A stretch of 64,000 nt of DNA from the NCBI GenBank assembly GCA_963757665.1, contig CAVWSY010000002.1:476797-540796 (forward strand), given 5' to 3'. The DNA is from an uncultured Actinomycetota bacterium. GTDB lineage: Bacteria; Actinomycetota; Actinomycetes; Propionibacteriales; Nocardioidaceae. The position numbers were made by a program, and so were the translations under genes. The notes under the pieces were generated by a model. That model had not been told where the DNA came from and made no database searches. It was given only the letters and a program-made list of their open reading frames with translations. Below are positions 10,028-19,342 of the stretch, in pieces; the first letter of the stretch is position 1; each line of letters begins with the position of its first letter.

Positions 10028-12748
10028 GTGCTGCTCGGACGCGAACGGGAATGTGCGGTCATCGACTCCGCGCTGGCCGTCGCGCGGGACAGCGGTGGCA
10101 CGGGTGTTCTCGTCCTGGGTGAAGCCGGCATCGGCAAGTCCGCCCTGCTCGCGTACGCCGCCGAACAGGCGCACGGCATGCTGGTCCTTCGTGCCAGCGG
10201 TGTCGAGTCCGAGATGCACCTGACCTGGGCAGGGTTGCACTCTCTCTTGCGACCGCACGCGGATGCCATTGGCCTGCTGCCGGTCCCGCAGCAGGCCGCC
10301 CTGCGATCGGCTCTCGGTCTCGAGGACTCACCGAACCGAGGTCCGTTCCTCGTCTCGGCGGCTGTCGTGAGCCTGCTCGGCTCGTTGGCGGACCAACAAC
10401 CGGTGGTGGTTCTCGTCGACGATGTGCAGTGGATGGATCGCGAGTCCGTCGAGGCGCTCGCCTTCGCCTCCCGGCGCTTCAACGCCGACCGAGTGTGCAT
10501 GATCTTCGCCTGTCGGGACACCGAGCCCGATGCACCGGATGCCGCAGCGCTCGGCAACGGGTTCCTCGAGCTCGTCGTCAACCCGCTCGACTCGGCCGCC
10601 TCTGAGGAGTTCCTCGACGCTCGGGTGTCGTTGAGTCTCGACCACCGCATCCGCAGCCGGATCACCGAGGCGGCGCGCGGCAACCCGCTGGCGCTGCTGG
10701 AGCTCTCCGAAGAAAACGCCATCAGCGACCTGGAGAGCGGTTCGGTGCCACTGGCGGCGCGGCTCGAGCAGGGCTTCCTCCGTCGGGTCCATGCTCTTTC
10801 GCAGCGGACGCAGCTGCTGCTCCTGATCGCCGCCGCCGACGACTCACCCGACGTCCACTCCCTCCTCGCTGCGGGTGCGCAGATCGATGTCGGTGAGCCG
10901 GAGCTGGTGGACGCCGCCCGCTCGCGGCTGATCGAGGCCACGGACGACGCTGTCGAGTTCGCCCATCCCTTGGTGAGGTCAGCCATCTACCGCGAGGCAC
11001 CGGCTGAGCAGAGGCGCTTGGTCCACCGGGTCCTTGCCGGGGTGACTACCGGGACGGACCCCTCCAGGAGCACCTGGCACCTGGCCGCCGCGACGACCGG
11101 CCCGGATGAGGAGGTTTCTCGAGCACTGGAGGATCTGGCCCGCGAGGCGCAGCGTCGGGGTGCGATGCAGACGTCGGCGAGTGCCTACCGCCGGGCTGCG
11201 CAGCTGACCGTCGACGTCGAGCGTCAGGCGCGCTGTCTGACGTGCGGCGCGGAGGCCTCATGGGAGAGCGGTGACATCGCCCTGGCTTCCCAACTCGTGG
11301 AGTCTGCCCGTGCGATCGCGCGGACACCGGGTGTGATCTCCCGTGCCGAGCACCTGCGGGGTCGCCTCCACCTGCACACCGGGATCGTCCTCGAAGGGTT
11401 CGAGATCCTGTACGCCGCGGCCACGGCGGCGAGTGCAGCCAAACCGAGGACGGCTGCGTGGATCCTGGTGGACGCCTACCGGGCGGCGTCGTACGACGGT
11501 CTAGGTGATCAGGTCCGGAGGGCAGGATCGTTGGCGCGAGACCTGGTTCAGACCGATGGAGCGGCGCCAGCCCCAGCAGCCTTCGTCGCGGGTGCGGCCG
11601 CCCTCTGGGAGCGCAACGTCGAGGTGGCTGCGCCGCTGCTGCAGTCGGTTGTGGACCGTGGCGACGGCGCTGATGACGCCGGCGTCCTGATCCTGGCCTC
11701 GATGGCGTCTCTCTACCTCGGGGACAACGCCGGGGGAGTCGCCTACGGCACCAGGGCAGCGGTGCTCGCCCGAGAGCACGGGGCACTGGCCACCCTGGCG
11801 AACGCCCTGGAGATGGTCTCCTTCGCCGAGCTGCCCTTCTCCCTGGACCGGGCCGAGTCGAGCGCCATCGAGGGACTGCAGTCGGCCCGGGAGACTCACC
11901 GGACCCCGAGCGTGGCGGTGCACCTCAGCATGCTTTCTACGATCGCTGCCTACCGCGGCCAGGAGGAAGCCTGCCTCGATTCCGCAGGCCAGGTCTTCGA
12001 GCTTGCGCGCCGGCACGGGCTGGCCCTGGCGGAGGGACGGGCGGTGGCCGCGCTCGGCCTTCTCGACCTCACCCTGGGCAGGCCGACGCTCGCCATGGAT
12101 CGTCTCGAGCGACTGCTCGAGACGACGGTCCATCCGGTGATCCGGCTCAGCATTGCCACCGACCTCGTCGAGGCCGCATCCCGTGCTGACTGCCCGGACC
12201 GGGTCGCCGGGGTGGTGGCCCTGGTCAGCAGCTGGGCAGACTCCAGCGACTCGCCGGCCGCTCGAGCGGTCGCCACTCGCTGTCTCGCCCTGATCAGCGA
12301 GCCCGACAAGGCGGTCACGCTCTTCGAGGAGTCCCTGGGGTTGCAGCAGGGGCGCGGGGAGACGTCGGGTCTGGCGCGCACACATCTGTTGCTGGGGGAG
12401 CATCTGCGGCGACTGCGCCAGCGCTCAGCGGCCCGGCCGCACCTGCGGGCTGCCTGGGACACCTTCGACCGGTTGGGAGCGGCACCGTGGGCGGAGCGGG
12501 CGCGCACGGAGCTCCGCGCGACGGGCGAGTCGGCCCGGTCCCGGACCACTGCGGGCCTCGAGGACCTGACGCCCCAGGAACGCCACATTGCCTGCCTGGT
12601 CGCCGAGGGAGCCAGCAGCAAGCAGGTCGCCGCGCAACTGTTCCTGAGCCCGCGCACAGTTGACTACCACCTGCGCAAGGTCTTCACCAAGACCGGCATC
12701 TCCTCGAGGACCGAGCTGCGCGCCCTCGACCTCAATGCCGAGACGTGA
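10028..12748 (+). CDS. LAL-type regulator (AAA ATPase + helical repeats + LuxR HTH)
   Basis: Walker A GEAGIGKSALL, a long helical middle region, and a C-terminal LuxR HTH LTPQERHIACLVAEGASSKQVAAQLFLSPRTVDYHLRKVF. Confidence 0.9.
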   Translation: MLLGRERECAVIDSALAVARDSGGTGVLVLGEAGIGKSALLAYAAEQAHGMLVLRASGVESEMHLTWAGLHSLLRPHADAIGLLPVPQQAALRSALGLEDSPNRGPFLVSAAVVSLLGSLADQQPVVVLVDDVQWMDRESVEALAFASRRFNADRVCMIFACRDTEPDAPDAAALGNGFLELVVNPLDSAASEEFLDARVSLSLDHRIRSRITEAARGNPLALLELSEENAISDLESGSVPLAARLEQGFLRRVHALSQRTQLLLLIAAADDSPDVHSLLAAGAQIDVGEPELVDAARSRLIEATDDAVEFAHPLVRSAIYREAPAEQRRLVHRVLAGVTTGTDPSRSTWHLAAATTGPDEEVSRALEDLAREAQRRGAMQTSASAYRRAAQLTVDVERQARCLTCGAEASWESGDIALASQLVESARAIARTPGVISRAEHLRGRLHLHTGIVLEGFEILYAAATAASAAKPRTAAWILVDAYRAASYDGLGDQVRRAGSLARDLVQTDGAAPAPAAFVAGAAALWERNVEVAAPLLQSVVDRGDGADDAGVLILASMASLYLGDNAGGVAYGTRAAVLAREHGALATLANALEMVSFAELPFSLDRAESSAIEGLQSARETHRTPSVAVHLSMLSTIAAYRGQEEACLDSAGQVFELARRHGLALAEGRAVAALGLLDLTLGRPTLAMDRLERLLETTVHPVIRLSIATDLVEAASRADCPDRVAGVVALVSSWADSSDSPAARAVATRCLALISEPDKAVTLFEESLGLQQGRGETSGLARTHLLLGEHLRRLRQRSAARPHLRAAWDTFDRLGAAPWAERARTELRATGESARSRTTAGLEDLTPQERHIACLVAEGASSKQVAAQLFLSPRTVDYHLRKVFTKTGISSRTELRALDLNAET

Positions 12749-12799
12749 CCGGCGAGTTCGCTGATTCCACGGGGTGGCCGCCACCCGCACGCTGGGCCC

Positions 12800-13219
12800 A
12801 TGAGCAGCCGCATCGCCTCACTCGTGGTCGACGCCGAGAACCCCTCGGCCCTGGCCGGGTTCTGGACGCTCGCGCTGGACTGGACCGTGCGGACCAGCGG
12901 CTGGCAGCGAACCCCGCTGGGTCCGTCCGGGGTGACCATCGGGCCGGTCGGCCAGGACGGCCTCGAGATCGACTTCAGGTGGGTGCCTGACCCGTCGTCG
13001 ACACAGAAGAACCGCCTGCACCTCGACCTCAACCCTGCGGACCGGAACCAGTCCGACGAGCTCTCTCGACTCATCGCGCTGGGCGCACGACCGGTCGAGG
13101 TGGGGCAGGGCAAGGTCAGCTGGCTGGTGCTGGAGGACCCAGAAGGCAACGTGTTCTGCCTGTGTCGCGATCGTGTCGCGCCGTTGCCCGATCCGATCCT
13201 CGACCCGGATGCTGGGTGA
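12800..13219 (+). CDS. VOC (glyoxalase-like) family protein
   Basis: 139 aa. IASLVVDAENPSALAGFWTLAL...NRLHLDL...WLVLEDPEGNVFCL is the typical glyoxalase-like domain pattern. Confidence 0.75.
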   Translation: MSSRIASLVVDAENPSALAGFWTLALDWTVRTSGWQRTPLGPSGVTIGPVGQDGLEIDFRWVPDPSSTQKNRLHLDLNPADRNQSDELSRLIALGARPVEVGQGKVSWLVLEDPEGNVFCLCRDRVAPLPDPILDPDAG

Positions 13220-13394
13220 GTGCCGTGTGTCGCGGAGTCGTGACCGGACTGGCCCGACTGGGGAAACCTCCTCGGGCAGCGGAGGTCGAGCAGGACGTCG
13301 GTGGACCGGTGAAATCGCGGACGTCGGGTCGCGCGCGGCTGACCAGGTTGAACCGGAAGGTGCAGCTCACGGACACGAGTTGGGAGAGCAGGGC

Positions 13395-14147
13395 ATGAAG
13401 CGAACCATTGTCGTTGCCGGAGCCACGGGCCTGATGGGCACGCTGGTCTGTGCAGAGCTGGAGCGGCGCGGGCAGGACGTACGTCGGATCGCGCGCTCGC
13501 TGGGAGTCGACCTCGTCACGGGTACTGGTCTCGATCACGCCATGGATGGCAGTGATCGGCTGATCGACGTGTCCAACGTGGTGACGAGCGGGCGCGGACA
13601 GTCGGTGGCCTTCTTCCGTGCCGCGTCCACGCAGCTCGTGGCTGCCTGTCTTCGCCATCGGCTGGACCGATACGTCCTACTCTCGATCGTTGGAGTCGGC
13701 CGGATCACCTCTGGCTACTACGCAGGCAAGGTGGTCCAGGAGCGGATCGTGCGCCAGAGCGCCATCGAGTCCAGCATCCTGCGCGCCACCCAGTTCCACG
13801 AGTTCGGCCAGCAGATGCTCGCGAGGATGGCCTTCGGTCCCGTGGCTGTTGCCCCCGCGATGCAGTGCGCTCCGGTCGCCGCCGTCGAGGTTGCCAGGCA
13901 CCTGGTGCGACTTGCCCTCGAGGAGGAGGTCACTCCCCTTGCTGAGCTCGGCGGGCCAACCGTGCACGGACTGCCGTCCATGATGCGCGAGGTCAGCCGC
14001 GCCCAGGGGAGACGCCGCCTCGTCCTGCCCCTTCCCATGCCGGGTGCGGACGGCCGACTGATGCGTGAGGGCGGGCTGTTGCCCGCGCCCGACGCCGAGC
14101 GAGGACAGCAGTCCTTCGAGGCCTGGTTGGCAGATGTCCAGACGTGA
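13395..14147 (+). CDS. NAD(P)H-binding (NmrA/atypical SDR-like) oxidoreductase
   Basis: MKRTIVVAGATGLMGTLV Rossmann N-terminus. The ORF opens at 13173, but ATG 13395 fits the domain start. Confidence 0.8.
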   Translation: MKRTIVVAGATGLMGTLVCAELERRGQDVRRIARSLGVDLVTGTGLDHAMDGSDRLIDVSNVVTSGRGQSVAFFRAASTQLVAACLRHRLDRYVLLSIVGVGRITSGYYAGKVVQERIVRQSAIESSILRATQFHEFGQQMLARMAFGPVAVAPAMQCAPVAAVEVARHLVRLALEEEVTPLAELGGPTVHGLPSMMREVSRAQGRRRLVLPLPMPGADGRLMREGGLLPAPDAERGQQSFEAWLADVQT

Positions 14148-14212
14148 CCTGCCGTGAGGAGTCGATCGGTGTCCAGTGGTGCGAGTGTGATGAGCGTGTG
14201 TGGAGGACAGGA

Positions 14213-14644
14213 ATGATCGAGAGTTGTGTCGAGGAGTGGCATGAGCTGCTTGCCGACCGTCGCGACACGGTGGACAACATGTTCGCGGAGGACGTCACCT
14301 TCTATTCGCCGGTGGTGTTCTCACCCCAACAGGGACGGGCCCTGACCGAGACGTACGTCCAGGCCGCCGCGCACGTGTTCCGTGGTGACGGGCCGGACGG
14401 TTCCTTCAGCTACACCAAGGAAGTCATCGGCACGTCGGTGGCCATGCTGGAGTTCGAGACCGTGGTGGACGGCGTCAAGGTGAACGGGGTCGACGTCATG
14501 CGCTGCAACGACAGCGGCAGGATCGACGAGTTCCGGGTGTTCATCCGGCCACTCTCGGCGGTCGTGATGATCCAGGAGAAGATGAGCGAGTTCCTGCGCG
14601 CACTCTCCCCGGTCGACGCGGCTCGGAAGAGTGACGCGACCTGA
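14213..14644 (+). CDS. NTF2/SnoaL-like fold protein
   Basis: GGAGGA RBS before ATG 14213. 143 aa with an NTF2-like pattern (VEEWHELL...FYSPVVF...). Confidence 0.65.
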   Translation: MIESCVEEWHELLADRRDTVDNMFAEDVTFYSPVVFSPQQGRALTETYVQAAAHVFRGDGPDGSFSYTKEVIGTSVAMLEFETVVDGVKVNGVDVMRCNDSGRIDEFRVFIRPLSAVVMIQEKMSEFLRALSPVDAARKSDAT

Positions 14645-14659
14645 CTCCGTCCGGCCCGG

Positions 14660-15031
14660 TCAGATCCACTCCTCGACCGCGGTGAGCTCGTGAGCACCGA
14701 CGTTGCCGGTGTTTGGCTCTCCTGCCGGTTCGAGGAGGATCAGTTCGCAGCCGTCTCCGGCGTCAGGCCGGTGTTCGACCCCTCGCGGAATGACGAAGAT
14801 GTCGCCGGCATCGAGGCAGACGTCGCGGTCGGGCATGGCGATCTTCAGCTGCCCCGAGACGACCATGAAGACCTCGTCCAGGTCGACGTGGTGGTGCCAG
14901 GTGAACTCTCCTTGTGCCTTCACGATCAACAGGTGCCAGCCGTTGGCCTCGGCGACGATCTTGGGCGACCAGAGCTCATCGAAGGTGCCGAACTTCTCTC
15001 GAATGCTGACGACGTCATGAGGTGCGGCCAT
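14660..15031 (-). CDS. cupin domain protein
   Basis: Cupin motifs WHHHVDLDEVFMVVSG and GDIFVIPRGVEHRP. ATG 15031 is preferred to the ORF opening at 15064. Confidence 0.8.
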   Translation of the reverse strand: MAAPHDVVSIREKFGTFDELWSPKIVAEANGWHLLIVKAQGEFTWHHHVDLDEVFMVVSGQLKIAMPDRDVCLDAGDIFVIPRGVEHRPDAGDGCELILLEPAGEPNTGNVGAHELTAVEEWI

Positions 15032-15250
15032 GGCGGTTCTCCTCTGCTGCTTGCGTTTGCGCATCGATGGAGCTCAAGTAGTGCTCGTCGAAGTCGGGGC
15101 GCAGATCTCCGAAGCTAGGCCACGCCGCTTCTGGTCGAATCCGCAGCATTGCCGGTGAGGGTCAGAGGGCTGAGCCGCACTCGGCACGACACGAGCACTG
15201 GCGACGTCACTGATGCCGCTTGCCGCGCCCGCTGACAACGTTGGCCGCGT

Positions 15251-15832
15251 ATGGCTGCACCCGACGGAGCTCGAGGAGGACCCATGGCACTGCGGCTCGC
15301 CTCGCGGCTCGGTGCCGCTGCCGGCTCCGCCTACCGAGCCTGGGCGACGCGTCGCGTCGATGACACGGTGGCAGGTGCGTTGCGCGCAGCCCGCAGCACG
15401 ATGATGCGCAAGACGTACTGCGTCCTGGTGACGGGCGGCGACGGGTCGCCTCCGTCCGCGCGCGTGGCGCACCCGTTCCGGCCCCGGGAGGACTGGACGG
15501 TCGTCGTGGGCACCGATCCGAGCTCGCGCAAGGTCAACGAGGTGCGTCGGACCGGCCACTGTCTCCTGGTCTACGAGGACGATCGTCGCCTCGCGGGCGC
15601 CACGGTGGAGTGTGCTGCCGAGGTCGTCGAGGATCCCGATCAGTCGCCGCGCCACTTCATGCCGACCTGGCGCGCCTTCTGGCCTGACGGTCCCGACGAC
15701 TCGTTCGTGGCCATCGTGTGCACTCCCGTCGCCATCGAGGTCTGGGACGGGATGCGTGGCATCACGCCGGCGCCGTTCGGGAGGGCGTCGAAGCGACTGG
15801 TCCGCAGCCACGACGGCTGGCGGGAACCGTGA
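15251..15832 (+). CDS. pyridoxamine 5'-phosphate oxidase-like (split-barrel flavin/deazaflavin-binding) family protein
   Basis: The pattern ...TYCVLVTGG...VGTDPSSRKVNEVRRTGHCLLVYED... resembles PNPOx-fold proteins. Start uncertain. Confidence 0.65.
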   Translation: MAAPDGARGGPMALRLASRLGAAAGSAYRAWATRRVDDTVAGALRAARSTMMRKTYCVLVTGGDGSPPSARVAHPFRPREDWTVVVGTDPSSRKVNEVRRTGHCLLVYEDDRRLAGATVECAAEVVEDPDQSPRHFMPTWRAFWPDGPDDSFVAIVCTPVAIEVWDGMRGITPAPFGRASKRLVRSHDGWREP

Positions 15833-16521
15833 AGCCAGGGAGCTGGCTGACCATAGCCGGGCAGGCAGTCTGGCTTCGCCTGACGACCGACCGTCTCCCT
15901 CCGGCGGGTGGCCCGACGACGGGAAGCATCGGGGAGTCCTCGGGCCCCCGGACGCAGATCGCTGTCGTGGGTGAGTCGACAGCCGCCGGCTGTGGTGTGG
16001 CCCGCCACGAGGAGGGCTTCGCGGGTGCGTTGGGGCGTGAGGTGGCGGCCCGCACCGCAGCATGCGTTGACTGGACGGTCCTGGGGGAGAGCGGAGCCAC
16101 GGCCAGGGGGATTCAAGAACGTCTCGTTCCGCAGGTGGAGAGCGGCATCGGCATCGCCGTGTTGCTCGCGGGAGTCAACGACGTGCTGGGGCGGCGTACA
16201 CCTGCGGAGTTCGGTGCTGACCTGGAGGCCATCGTGGCCAGCCTCAGCAGCAAGGCCACGCGGGTGGCCGTCGCGGGTACGCCGCCCTTCGAGGCCTTCC
16301 CGGCGATTCCGCGAGCCCTGGGGGTTCATCTCGCGAGCCGTGCCACCGCCTTCGATCGGGTCTCCCGTCAGGCCTGCGAGCGCTCCTCCAACGCTGTGTG
16401 GGTGGGCTCAGAGGCTCTCGTCCCACTCGAGCGGGAGTTCTTCGCGGGCGACGGCTTCCATCCGTCAGCTCTCGGTTATCACCGCTGGGCCAGCGTGGTC
16501 GCCGATCGGATCCTCCGGTGA
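15829..16521 (+). CDS. SGNH/GDSL hydrolase family protein
   Basis: GTGA overlap with the upstream gene. Block I IAVVGESTAAG, block III GVNDV and block V DGFHPS are present. Confidence 0.8.
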   Translation: MKPGSWLTIAGQAVWLRLTTDRLPPAGGPTTGSIGESSGPRTQIAVVGESTAAGCGVARHEEGFAGALGREVAARTAACVDWTVLGESGATARGIQERLVPQVESGIGIAVLLAGVNDVLGRRTPAEFGADLEAIVASLSSKATRVAVAGTPPFEAFPAIPRALGVHLASRATAFDRVSRQACERSSNAVWVGSEALVPLEREFFAGDGFHPSALGYHRWASVVADRILR

Positions 16522-16549
16522 GTCTCGCTCCTCGTCACGAGTCGACTGG

Positions 16550-17416
16550 TCACCGATCCCGCTCCTCATGCTGGCGGGCTCGAGCCCCCTGACCGAGGAA
16601 CGCCGAGATCTGGGCGGCCGTGCGTGCGGGTTGGTCGAGCATCACGAGCGCTGCGGCACCGGTGACGTGGGCCAGCCGCGCGTGGGGCAGCAACGCGGCC
16701 AGGCGTGGTCCGTGCTCGGCCGGCATCACCGTGCCGATCGTGTGCCAGAGCACGAGTGAGTCTCCGGTGAAGTCGGAGAGCGACTCGGTGCGCCGTCGGA
16801 GCTCGGTTCGGGGAAGCTGTCCGCTGACGTAGCTGTGCAGGTCGCGCCGGATGCGCGCGTCAGTCAGGGCGGGCTCGGTCCACCCGTGGACGATCGCGTC
16901 CGGTATCGGTTCGGCCGCCATGGCTCCGAGCAAGAGCGGGCTCCTTCTGAGGCGGGCGCTCCGCAGCTGTCGAAGGGCCAGGGGAAGGGCCCCCGGGATG
17001 CGCGGAGCCAGCGAGGCGAGCCGTCCCGGGATGCCGGGTGGGAAGTTGTCGAAGGCTTCACAAGGGCAGATGACCAGCCGGCCGATGCGGTCGGACAGGC
17101 CGTAGGACTCGAGCAGGAGTGGTCCGCCCCAGTCGGTCACCACCAGGGTCACGTCGTCGAGATCGAGCAGCGTGAGCACCTCGGCGAGAAGCCGCACCTG
17201 CCCGGCCATCCCCAGGTCGGCGCTGTGGCGCATCGGTTGCCGGTGTGCCCCCAGGGGCAGGGTCGGACGCAGGTAGCGGTGACCCGGCGGCAAGTGGGGG
17301 AGGGCCGGGTCCCACTGGGTGTGATCCATCAGGACCCCGTGGAGGAGAACCACCGGTGCGCCCTCTCCGGTGTCCTCGTAGTGCACCGGTCCGGCGCTGG
17401 TCTCAAGGCTGGGCAT
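16550..17416 (-). CDS. alpha/beta hydrolase (haloalkane dehalogenase-like fold)
   Basis: PVVLLHGVLMDHTQW and VVTDWGG nucleophile elbow, with a late His in a VTGAAALVMLDQP-type C-terminus. ATG 17416. Confidence 0.85.
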   Translation of the reverse strand: MPSLETSAGPVHYEDTGEGAPVVLLHGVLMDHTQWDPALPHLPPGHRYLRPTLPLGAHRQPMRHSADLGMAGQVRLLAEVLTLLDLDDVTLVVTDWGGPLLLESYGLSDRIGRLVICPCEAFDNFPPGIPGRLASLAPRIPGALPLALRQLRSARLRRSPLLLGAMAAEPIPDAIVHGWTEPALTDARIRRDLHSYVSGQLPRTELRRRTESLSDFTGDSLVLWHTIGTVMPAEHGPRLAALLPHARLAHVTGAAALVMLDQPARTAAQISAFLGQGARARQHEERDR

Positions 17417-17855
17417 CGTCGGCCCCCTGTCGGTGGCGGATGATCTGGAAGGTCCCCTGGGCCACGGCGCAGACAGTGCCTGCTCCGGCCTCGTCAACCG
17501 TCTCGATGGTGCAGGCGACGACAGCCCGGCGCCTTGTCGCAGTGACCAGCCTGGCGGTGGCGATGAGCTCAGCACCGTGCGCGGGCGAGATGAAGTCGAG
17601 GGTGAATCCGGCGCTGACGACCGAGGGGCCGAGCACGGTCCCTGCGCTGAACGCCATCACGTTGTCCGCGGCGTACGCGATGACGCCGCCGTGCACGAGC
17701 CCGTGCTGCTGGTCGTGCTCGGAGCGAAGTACGACGCTCAAGACGGTCTCGTCGGGTTCGAAGTGCACGACCTCGGCGCCGATCAGGGTGCTGAAGGGCT
17801 GCGCCGCCAGCGCGTTCGCGGCGTCGGTGAGGGTCAGTCCGGACGGAGTGGGCAT
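17403..17855 (-). CDS. PaaI-family hotdog-fold thioesterase
   Basis: 150 aa with the HGLVHGGVIAYAAD core motif. Overlaps the downstream hydrolase start by 14 nt. Confidence 0.85.
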   Translation of the reverse strand: MPTPSGLTLTDAANALAAQPFSTLIGAEVVHFEPDETVLSVVLRSEHDQQHGLVHGGVIAYAADNVMAFSAGTVLGPSVVSAGFTLDFISPAHGAELIATARLVTATRRRAVVACTIETVDEAGAGTVCAVAQGTFQIIRHRQGADDAQP

Positions 17856-17871
17856 CAGGGTCCTGTGGCGG

Positions 17872-18024
17872 TCAGCGGGTGACGCGCACGCCGGGATGGA
17901 TTGCGTGCGCCAGTTGTTCCTTGAGCCTCGTCCTGCGCTCGTCCGGTCGCATCAGCAAGATCACCTGCGCGGAATCGTCTGCCGCCTGCCGACGCAGACT
18001 GGACCAGACGGCATTCGATGACAT
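17872..18024 (-). CDS. small hypothetical protein (50 aa)
   Basis: ATG-initiated ORF MSSNAVWSSLRRQAADDSAQVILLMRPDERRTRLKEQLAHAIHPGVRVTR with moderate GC3 bias, 17 nt upstream of the thioesterase gene. No family recognised. Confidence 0.25.
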   Translation of the reverse strand: MSSNAVWSSLRRQAADDSAQVILLMRPDERRTRLKEQLAHAIHPGVRVTR

Positions 18025-18033
18025 CCTGAGCGC

Positions 18034-18315
18034 GTGGTCTCGAGCGCACCACCCGTTCAGGCGACGTTCCTGTTCACTGGCGTCGAGGGTGTGACGATGC
18101 TGTGGGAGGAGCACGCCGCCGAGATGGAAGCGGTCCTGACCCGGCACGACGCGCTGCTTCGCATCGCCTTCGCCGACCCCGAGGTCGTCGCGGTGACCTG
18201 CACCGACGCCGCGCGCGAGGCCGGCCTGATCAAGCCACCCGTGGAGGTTGCGGCCGATGCGACCGACACCGAGCGGTTGATGGCTGCCGCGGGCCGAGCA
18301 TCCTATTCGCGGTAG
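18034..18315 (+). pseudogene. relic of a class III adenylate/guanylate cyclase-domain gene (N-terminal about 35 aa only)
   Basis: ATFLFTGVEGVTMLWEEHAAEMEAVLTRHDALLR matches the start of cyclase domains (TFLFTDIEGST.LWE...HD.LLR). The rest is unrelated and overlaps the next gene. Confidence 0.3.
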
Positions 18316-18881
18316 TCCGCGAAGGTGGGGCGACCCGGCTCCAGCGTCACGTGCGCACCCCTGGCGACGTAGCTGATGGCGTGGTACCAGCCCGCGAGCA
18401 GGAGCAGGTCGAGGATCTGCGCCTCCGTGAAGCTGGCTGTCAGCAAGGCCCAGAGTGCATCCGGCAGGTCGGCGTCGTCGTGCAGTGCGTCCACCACCTC
18501 GATCAGGACGCGGTCGCGCGGGTCGTCCCAGCACTCGTCGTCGGCCGAGCCCGCGGTGAGCGAGCGGACCTGTTCTGGCTCGAGCCCTGCGCGTTCTGCG
18601 AAGAAGGCCACGTGCACGCCCCACTCGTACTCGCAGCCACAGCGGGCACACACCCGGTCGATCACGATCTCGCGATCACGCAGGGAGATGCTCAGCTCCC
18701 TGCTCAGCTCGTAGTGGCCCCAACTCTGCATCGCCCGGGTCATGGGCAGGTTCTTCGCGAAGGTCCGGAAGAGCCCGATCGGGGGGACACCGGGCGGCAT
18801 CATCCGTGCGAGCTCCTCGGCCACCTCCTCGCCGTAGGGCGGGTCCAGTGGAGTGATTCTTGTTATGCTTTCCGTAATCAT
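18303..18881 (-). CDS. carboxymuconolactone decarboxylase (AhpD-like) family protein
   Basis: 192 aa. REIVIDRVCARCGCEYEWGVH contains the CxxC-type AhpD-like core. Confidence 0.85.
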   Translation of the reverse strand: MITESITRITPLDPPYGEEVAEELARMMPPGVPPIGLFRTFAKNLPMTRAMQSWGHYELSRELSISLRDREIVIDRVCARCGCEYEWGVHVAFFAERAGLEPEQVRSLTAGSADDECWDDPRDRVLIEVVDALHDDADLPDALWALLTASFTEAQILDLLLLAGWYHAISYVARGAHVTLEPGRPTFADYRE

Positions 18882-19248
18882 GGAACCGAAGCCTACGTTA
18901 CGGAAACCGAAACGACCAGCGCAGGTGCCACTCCCGGGGAGACCGGTGCGTGGATCCAGCGGCGGCCGACCGCTGCTCGCGGCCTTCGACCTCCTCGGGC
19001 GGCGCTGGGCGCTGCGGGTGGTCTGGGAGCTGCGCGACGGCGCGCTCGGGGCGCGCGAGCTGCGCGCACGCTGCGACGACGTCTCCCCGAGCGTCCTGTA
19101 CGACCGCCTGCGCGAGCTCGTCGAAGCGGGGCTCGTCGAGCGCGAGGCCAGGCTCTACAAGCTCAGCGAGATCGGGGCCGCGCTCGAGAGCGCCCTGAGG
19201 CCGCTGGCCGGGTGGGCCGAGGACTGGTCGGCGGCTTCTGGACACTGA
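18880..19248 (+). CDS. HxlR family transcriptional regulator
   Basis: LLGRRWALRVVWELRDGALGARELRARCDDVSPSVLYDRLRELVEAGLVE is a typical HxlR winged helix. Divergent from the AhpD-like gene. Confidence 0.85.
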   Translation: MEPKPTLRKPKRPAQVPLPGRPVRGSSGGRPLLAAFDLLGRRWALRVVWELRDGALGARELRARCDDVSPSVLYDRLRELVEAGLVEREARLYKLSEIGAALESALRPLAGWAEDWSAASGH

Positions 19249-19342
19249 CGGTGGGTTCCGCGCGGCGCCGCGGGAGTCCACCGCCCATGAGGTGGAGCGA
19301 CTCGCCAACCTCCGGCGAGGTCGGTGGATCTAGGGTGGCGTC

